64,000 nucleotides of DNA from Mustelus asterias (taxonomy: Eukaryota). Shown in pieces: positions 62,024 to 64,000 of the stretch. The number at the start of each line of letters is the position of its first letter. The first letter of the stretch is position 1. The notes under the pieces are model-generated. The model saw nothing but the letters and a program-made list of their open reading frames with translations, ran no database searches and was not told where the DNA came from. A program made the translations under genes and the position numbers. The stretch lies in contig NC_135821.1 in NCBI RefSeq assembly GCF_964213995.1, positions 4,774,001 to 4,838,000 of the forward strand. Direction: 5' to 3'.

Positions 62024-63642
62024 GTCATGAGAATGAAGTTTGATCCAGCTCTAACAGTCCTGTTCTGAGCTGTTGCTGTATTTGGAAATAAAAATATTTA
62101 TTGTTGGACTGATTTTTCTTGTCCTTTACTGTAATTCAGTAGCTGGGTTCAAATATTTCTCTCTTGATTCACTCACCTCTTGTCTTGCAAAGGAAAATGC
62201 AACGATCAGGGCGTGTGTAGTATTCATCTTCACTGCTGTTACCCAGAATACAAGACTTTAACCAGGTTTGCTTTGTTCACTCAGTTTGTCAATCTGGCTG
62301 GATAGAAAGGCAAAAGTCAGGATTCAACAGCAAGATGTGCAGGTTGGAGGGGATTGGACATGGTAAATGTGTGGGGTTATGGGGCAATGCCTTGAGTGGC
62401 ATTGGTGCATGCAAACAGTGGGCTGAATGGTCTCCTTCTACATTGAAGGATTCAATGGAGTCTGGGTTATACAGGGTGGCTCTGTCTGTGCTGACCTGTG
62501 AAAGAATCAATGAATCCTGCATTGTTCCTCCAGAAACATTGCTGAAGCATTCTAGAATGTTCCACTTCAGTGTGTAGAGCAACTTTGGAGCAGGATGAAG
62601 TCACTTCCAGCTGTGGCAGACTGCTGGCTTCCTTGGAAGCAGTCACTCCATCTCTCCTCAAAGCAGAAGGAAAATCCAGTTCTAGAGTCCTGCATTGATC
62701 CTTTAAGAAACAATGTCTTTAAAAACACCACTTCTTCCAGTTCTGGAAGATAAATCATTTTGATTAATCTTCCTGACAGCCATTTGTACCCAGTCCGGCT
62801 GATGTGATACCCGACCCACAGCGGTGTGGCTGACTCTTAACCACCCCCAGAAATGGCCCAGTGAGCCATGACCAACAAATACTGGCCTTGCAAGAAACAA
62901 CCGCATCCCACCAAGCAGTACATTTTTAGAAAGAGTGGACACAAAGTTTTCTGATAAAGGGGGAAAAGCGCTGGTGTTTCCAGTTCTGAAATGTGGGGAT
63001 AAAACTCCACATCACACTTCACACTGACTGAGCAATAGCGTTCTGTCTGATACTCATCTCAAATCCATTTTACATTTCCCCCAACTTGTCAGTTGGTTTG
63101 TAGATTCCCTGGCTTTGTCTGGTGCTGGTCAGCTTCTTCCAATCTACCTCCAAGGGGAGGTGATGGCCGAGTGGTATTATCCCTAGATCATTAATCCAGA
63201 AACTCAGCTAATGTTCTGGGGACCTGGGTTTGAATCCCGCCACGCCCATGTCCCACGAATGAATGAAAAAAACATAATATTGTGGTCAATGCTGGGACTG
63301 TAAAGAAATTACTAAAAAGTAGTGGACTTAAAAAGTCTTTGGAACTCTCTTCCTAAAAAGGTGGTGGAAGCAGAATCGTTGAATATTCTTAAGGTAGTGC
63401 TGGGTAGATTCTTTGTAAGCGAGGGTGTGATAGGTTATCAGGGGTTGGCGGGAAGCAAAGTGAGGATGGGTACAAGACAAGTTGGTGTTCTTTGGATCAG
63501 CTGATCAAATGAGTGAAAGAAGAACTATTTTCTCATCTCAAACCCATTTTACATTCCCCCAACTTGTCAGTTGGTTTGTAGATTCCCTGTGGCTTTGTCT
63601 GCTGCTGGTCAGCCTCTTCCAATCTACCTCCAAGTCGAGGCA

Positions 63643-63983
63643 ATGGCCTAGTGGTATTATCACCAGACTATTAATCCAGAAACTTAGCTAATGTTTTGGG
63701 GACCTGGGTTCGAATCCCACCACGGCAGATGGTGCAATTTGAATCCAATAAAAAATCTGGAATTAAGAATCTACTGATGACGATGAAACCATTGTCGGAA
63801 AAACCCATCTGGTTCACTAATGTCCTTTAGGGAAGGAAATCTGCCGTCCTTACCCGGTCTGGCCTACATGTGACTCCAGAGCCACAGCAATGTGGTTGAC
63901 TCTCAACTGCCCTCGGGCAACTAGGGATGGACAATAAATGCTGGCCAACCAGCGACACCCATGTCCCATCAATGAATGAAAAA
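63643..63983 (+). mobile_element. SacSINE1-like DeuSINE within a local duplication (also at 56858, internally deleted at about 63154-63271)
   Basis: Same upstream flank CTTCCAATCTACCTCCAAG and downstream ATAATATTGTGGT in all three places. Confidence 0.8.
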
Positions 63984-64000
63984 TAACATAATATTGTGGT

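Overview
This is eukaryotic, repeat-rich vertebrate DNA, almost certainly from a shark or other cartilaginous fish (HE1-like V-SINEs, SacSINE1-like DeuSINEs, HER1/CR1 LINEs). It contains a tandem cluster of eight 4-exon ferritin genes of the middle/heavy (M-type) class. Four are on the minus strand (A, only exon 1 in the window; B; C; D) and four on the plus strand (E, a pseudogene; F; G; H), with D and E head-to-head. Exons are almost identical between copies while many introns are unrelated, and no canonical IRE is seen in the very short 5' UTRs. Several copies carry substitutions at the three-fold iron-entry channel. The most striking signal is a Tx1-clade non-LTR retrotransposon whose 3' tail is made of CCAAT-containing repeats and which sits in the same CCAAT box of three ferritin promoters. 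Another copy has a target duplication followed by ATTGG, and two unrelated retro-insertions hit the equivalent region of gene D. Penelope-like elements with minimal hammerhead-ribozyme motifs, and palindromic derivatives of their termini, are also present. Most short ORFs in the supplied track are repeat-derived or antisense to ferritin exons. All family assignments come from motif recognition; no database search was run.
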